Positions 57,155 through 64,000 of a DNA stretch of 64,000 bases are shown here, piece by piece. The notes under the pieces are model-generated. The model saw only the letters and a list, made by a program, of their open reading frames with translations, was not told the origin of the DNA and ran no database searches. The number at the start of each line of letters is the position of its first letter. The first letter of the stretch is position 1. Source of the stretch: Eledone cirrhosa (taxonomy: Eukaryota); the NCBI GenBank assembly GCA_964016885.1, contig OZ024742.1, forward strand, positions 274,970,001-275,034,000, given 5' to 3'. The translations under genes were made by a program, and so were the position numbers.

Positions 57155-57512
57155 GGTCCATCCTGTTCCTTACCATACTTCCTTCGTTATATATATATAT
57201 ATATATATATATAACGAAGGAAGTGTGGTAAGGAACAGGGTGGACCATAACGCACCAGTGTACTTAATGCTTAGGGTAGTAGAGTGGGTAATAGGAAAAT
57301 GTTCAAGACCCCGACGGCACAGCTCAACACGTTTTGGCGGCTATTTCTGGACTGTCGGTGTTGGTAGAGCCGGGTCTTAAAGTCAGTCACAAGCTGTTAA
57401 TCCTATATAGGCTTTGTTGGAGTTTTCCGTCCTCTGGTTGCATTGGTACATCATGTCCAGAAATACCAGCCGAAACGGCTTGAGCTCTGCCGTCGGGGTC
57501 TTGAACATTTTT
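57155..57512. repeat. Double inverted-repeat element (related pieces at 59818-59980)
   Basis: 57155-57190/57212-57247 and 57297-57353/57455-57510 are reverse complements. Confidence 0.8.
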
Positions 57513-58349
57513 ATATATATATATATAATAAAAATGGCGTAGACATTACATTGTAATACAATACAACATAATAGTACCCCTGATGATGTTGCAGATGTGT
57601 AACAAAATAACTTTGATAGACTATATATATATATATATATATGTAAATATCTTTAAGTCGTTTGGAAGCCTCGACAATGCAAATGGGTAAATCTCCGGGT
57701 AACAAGATCCGGTGGTGGAGAGAGAGATGTAAGTGGGTGTACGTTGAGATGCGTGGCGTGTATAAGACGTGTAGAGGAATGAAGGAAAGAGTATAAAGGA
57801 TGAAATAAAAATAACAACACGAGAGAGAGTTACCTTGGGAGAGATTTAATTGTCCCTATATATTTCGGATTCACATCCATCAACTGGGGTTTTTTTCCGG
57901 GGTGGGGGAAAGGTTGTCTGTCGGAAAGGTGCGAAACGCGTCCTCCGCTGTTTGTTGTTTTGAATATCTGAGGTATCCAGCAGAGCGCGCGTACGCGTGA
58001 AATGGGGTCGGTCGGGCAGAGGTCAGCGGCCGAAGTAGTTCTTTCAATTGTAGGAGTGGGGTGGCGCTAGCTGTCAGTCCATTCTCTGTCTGTTTGTTAA
58101 ATGTTACTGTGTGTGTGTGCGTTTGTTGTTGTCTCGCTTGAGTGTGTGTGTGTGTGTGCGTGTGTTGTTGCCTGTTCCTCTGTATTGGCAGTGTAGTATG
58201 TTCGTATGGTGGAATGCTACTGTGTGTGTCTGTGTGCGTGTGTTGCTGTCTCGCTTGTGTGTGTGTGTGCGTGTGTTGCTGCATCGTTTGTTAACTTAAA
58301 CCAGCCACTTCATTTCGCTTCTCTCGGATCGATTGTTTACTTGCGGTGC

Positions 58350-58876
58350 CAATTTATTTGCGTCTTCATCACCGAGGGGTTAAAATTTATTTAACAGAAC
58401 ATTTTTTTTATTTCGATGGCAGGACTTACAAAGAAATATCGGGAACTGCGATGGGTATAAGATTCGCTCCACCTTACGCTAACCTAGTCAAGGCATACTT
58501 GGAAGTCCAGATATATGAACACTCCAAATCAAAATACGGCTTCAGCTTTCACAAATATTTATCAGAGAATTGGAAACGCTACTTGGATGACTGCCTCATT
58601 CTTTGGTCTCACACACTGGACCAACTAAATGATTTAAACAAATTTAATTAACGGCATCAATAACCACCTCCAATTCACAATGGAATACAGTCAAGGGCAA
58701 CTCACATTTCTGGAGATCCTAATCATAAAAAAGACACAAATATTGAAATTGACATCCACTACAAACCAACAGATTACAAACAATACCTGCTATTCACCTC
58801 CAACCATCCAAAGAACACGAAGAAGAACATCCATTTAACCTAGCAAGAAGAATTTGTACGATTCTTTCCAACTATG

Positions 58877-58921
<45 letters not shown>

Positions 58922-59720
58922 ACACCCTCTTCTATATTCGAAAATAAAAGACCAGAGATAAATATACTTTACCATACGTGAATATTTTAACACCTTATCA
59001 GGCTACCCCTACAACCCACACACACATATAAAACCCTTCTCCATTCCTATTAATGGACCAATTTTCCTACACACACGCACGAACGCGCGCACACGCAAGC
59101 ACACACATCCGCACACAAATAAAGATGTATATATATCTATTTTCTACCCTGCCGCCACCGCCATCGCTATCGACGCAAACATTCAATTTATTTCAATAGA
59201 AACTCTGAATGTTTACACCAGAGCATATCAGCCATGTTCACTGAACCAGAACGACCCCCTCCCTATTTCTTGACCATTAACTTTTGTTTGGCACAAAGCA
59301 CTCTATGACAAATCATGTGACTATGGAAATGGCAATAAAGAACCCCGTAATACGAACGTTCGTGAAATTTGATATACTTATTCGCGTGACATTTATAAAA
59401 AAAAACAAAACAATTTTGGCCACTTTTTAAAGTGAAAATGGCAATAAAACACTCAAACGCGAACTAGCGCGAAATTTGATGTACTTATTCACGTGACAGT
59501 CATCAATCAACAAAAGCATTTTTTTTAAAAAACCTACCAATTCGAGCCACTTTTTTCCACATAAAACAGACGTAACATTCGAACACCAACCAGATGCGAG
59601 AAAAACCACAAACCCTCCGTCTCAATTCTACTTTTGAAAAGCATAAGAACTAAGAAACCGGTAAAGAAATAAATATTCCTAAAAAGACTCCAGTTGCAAT
59701 TTCAATTTATTTTCCTTATA
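58350..59720 (+). mobile_element. Internally deleted Penelope-like element (RT fragment + 3' region)
   Basis: GTAMG.RFAPPYANL, WKRYLDD, QFTME, FL.I, YKPTD..QYL; 58920-59720 is homologous to 61790-63150 (minus). Confidence 0.8.
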
Positions 59721-60299
59721 TATATATATTATTTGTATTTGGTAGATCTAGTAAGTTCTTTGTTACGGATTATCTGTGTATTATGGTTGTATGTATAATA
59801 TATATAAATATATATATAGGAAAATGTTAAACCCCGACGGCAGAGCTCAAGCCGTTTCGACAGCTACTTCTGGACTGCCGTGGGGGTTTAACATTTTCCT
59901 ATTACCCACTCTACTACCCTAAGTATTGAGTACTCTATTGCGTTATGGTCCATCTGGTTCCTTACCACACTTCCTTCGTTATATATATATATATATGCAT
60001 ATATGGATAGATATGTGTAGATATGTGTATGTGTGTGTATGTATATGTATATATGTGTGTATGTGTATACATTTATATATATATATATGTGTGTGTGTGT
60101 ATGGGCCCTACGTATGTTTACATGTAGGGAAGTAAATACGTGAGCTAGCATATCCCCGCACTTCCTCCTCCCCAACCAATATCAACAACATACATTTCTG
60201 ACAAATATTCCGAAACTGTTCATATTTTTCATCAAAATACATGTATCTTACCCCTCACCACATATTATATATATATGTATATATATAAATTAATAAAAA

Positions 60300-60640
60300 C
60301 AATAAATAAAAACAAAGAACAAGTTCCTTATATTAAAAAATTCATCATTTTACGATCGTTTCTAGGATATATATGTGTGTTGGTATGTATATCATATAGA
60401 TCTATGTAAAAATATTACAAACTATCAGAGGAAATATACATACCTTCACATATATATGCTGTCTTCAGCATATATATGTGAAGGTATGTATATTTCCTCT
60501 GATAGTTTGTAATATTTTTACATAGATCTATATGATATACATACCAACACACATATATATCCTAGAAACGATCGTAAAATGATGAATTTTTTAATATAGG
60601 GAACTTGTACTTTGTTTTTATTCATTGTTTTTATTAATAT
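60300..60640. repeat. Palindrome of the 47243-type hammerhead element
   Basis: Arms centred ~60465; minus arm retains CTGAAGA...GAAACGATCGTA. Confidence 0.8.
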
Positions 60641-60782
60641 ATCTTAACTCTGTTTTCCTATGATTTTCATTGAAAATTGTTGAATACATCTTCTCTTTTC
60701 ATGATATTTGGATTACATTGAGTTCTTCATACGGATTGGACACTACCGCATATTTTGGTAGATTTATCTCTCTCTCTCTCTC

Positions 60783-60837
<55 letters not shown>

Positions 60838-61430
60838 ATAAAATGAGAGGATGAAGGATTGATGATATTCCTTCAAAGTTTTATCGTTACAAACACTATA
60901 TATATTTAAGTGGCCAGGGTACGTAGGACCCTGGTGACATCAATAGGTTTGTAATACATGATCTATACACATAAAGCAATGATAGTAAACACAATCCGTG
61001 AGCATACAAGTAGATGAAACAGAGAAAAGCATAAGAAATATTTGATTCGGAGGCGGTCTATGGTATAGGTGTTTTTGGTTCGAATGACCGCCTCATAAAC
61101 CGCCCACCAACAAAACATTTTATATTTTTTTCTGTTTTTTCTCTTTGTACACTCCCTGATTTTAGTTACCATTATTACTTTATTGTGCAACTATTATGCA
61201 ATATACACTTGATTATGTGAACATTATTCTAAGAAACCTGGCCACTGAAATATATATATTTGCAAAAATAAAACTTTGAATGAAGTTCACCACTCCGGCG
61301 TTCCCGCCTCCAAAACATGATTCAACTTCACAATGGATGAATGGCGTAACATCGAGTGCTTTTCCTACTAATACATGATGGTAAACTATCCAATTCAATC
61401 CAGTGGTGAACCACAAAACTTCAATATATT

Positions 61431-61478
<48 letters not shown>

Positions 61479-61570
61479 AGATATAACTCCACTATCCGGG
61501 AGCTTCCAACAGTAATGGTTGCATTCTTTAAGGGTATGTCAATATTTATTTATAAAACTGCTCTATATTA

Positions 61571-61635
61571 TATTTTATCTGATGAAAGCACACCATAATT
61601 TAACTTGGTGTCCTTGAAATATGTATAATGAAATA
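61571..61635 (+). ncRNA. Minimal type I hammerhead (homologue of 49238)
   Basis: TATTTTAT-CTGATGA-AAG..CACCA/TGGTG..CTT-GAAA-TATGTATA-ATGAAATA. Confidence 0.72.
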
Positions 61636-61789
61636 AATATGGTTTTATAAATATAGTTTCCATTTGTTAATATCGTTTTTTACTCCAATTATTTGTTGAG
61701 TGCTTTATATCAGTTATAAAAATATTTGCTTGTTGTATCCCAACAATTTAAATTGAACTTTTACATATATATATATATAAGGAAAATAT

Positions 61790-63939
<2,150 letters not shown>

Positions 63940-64000
63940 ATATGTCTCATCAATTCTGGTTTCATAAAAGACAGAGTTGACATCCAACAGCTTCAATGTC

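Overview
This is a repeat-saturated eukaryotic window with no supportable host gene. It is probably from a cephalopod (Octopus-like), judged only from recalled similarity of its SINEs and the microsatellite landscape. Bases 1-23 kb are a retrotransposon array strung on (TAA/TTA)n tracts. It holds four Tx1/L1-clade APE-type LINEs (one internally duplicated and chimeric) and two R4/Dong-like RT+RLE LINEs, and the two clades always lie in opposite orientation relative to the microsatellite strand. Bases 23-64 kb are AT-rich with many (TA)n and (CA)n tracts. They contain a mariner relic, a complete Chapaev3-like DNA transposon, two related non-coding LTR elements, Helitron-type ends, an RTE LINE with a twin-priming-type 5' inversion and several Penelope (GIY-YIG/RT) relics. 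The most notable signal is about ten type I hammerhead ribozyme motifs from at least five unrelated sequence families, in non-coding, (TA)n-flanked, partially tandem and inverted units. One is a 483-nt tandem unit with a hammerhead in each copy (retrozyme-like candidate). All family assignments rest on motif recognition by eye, with no database search.
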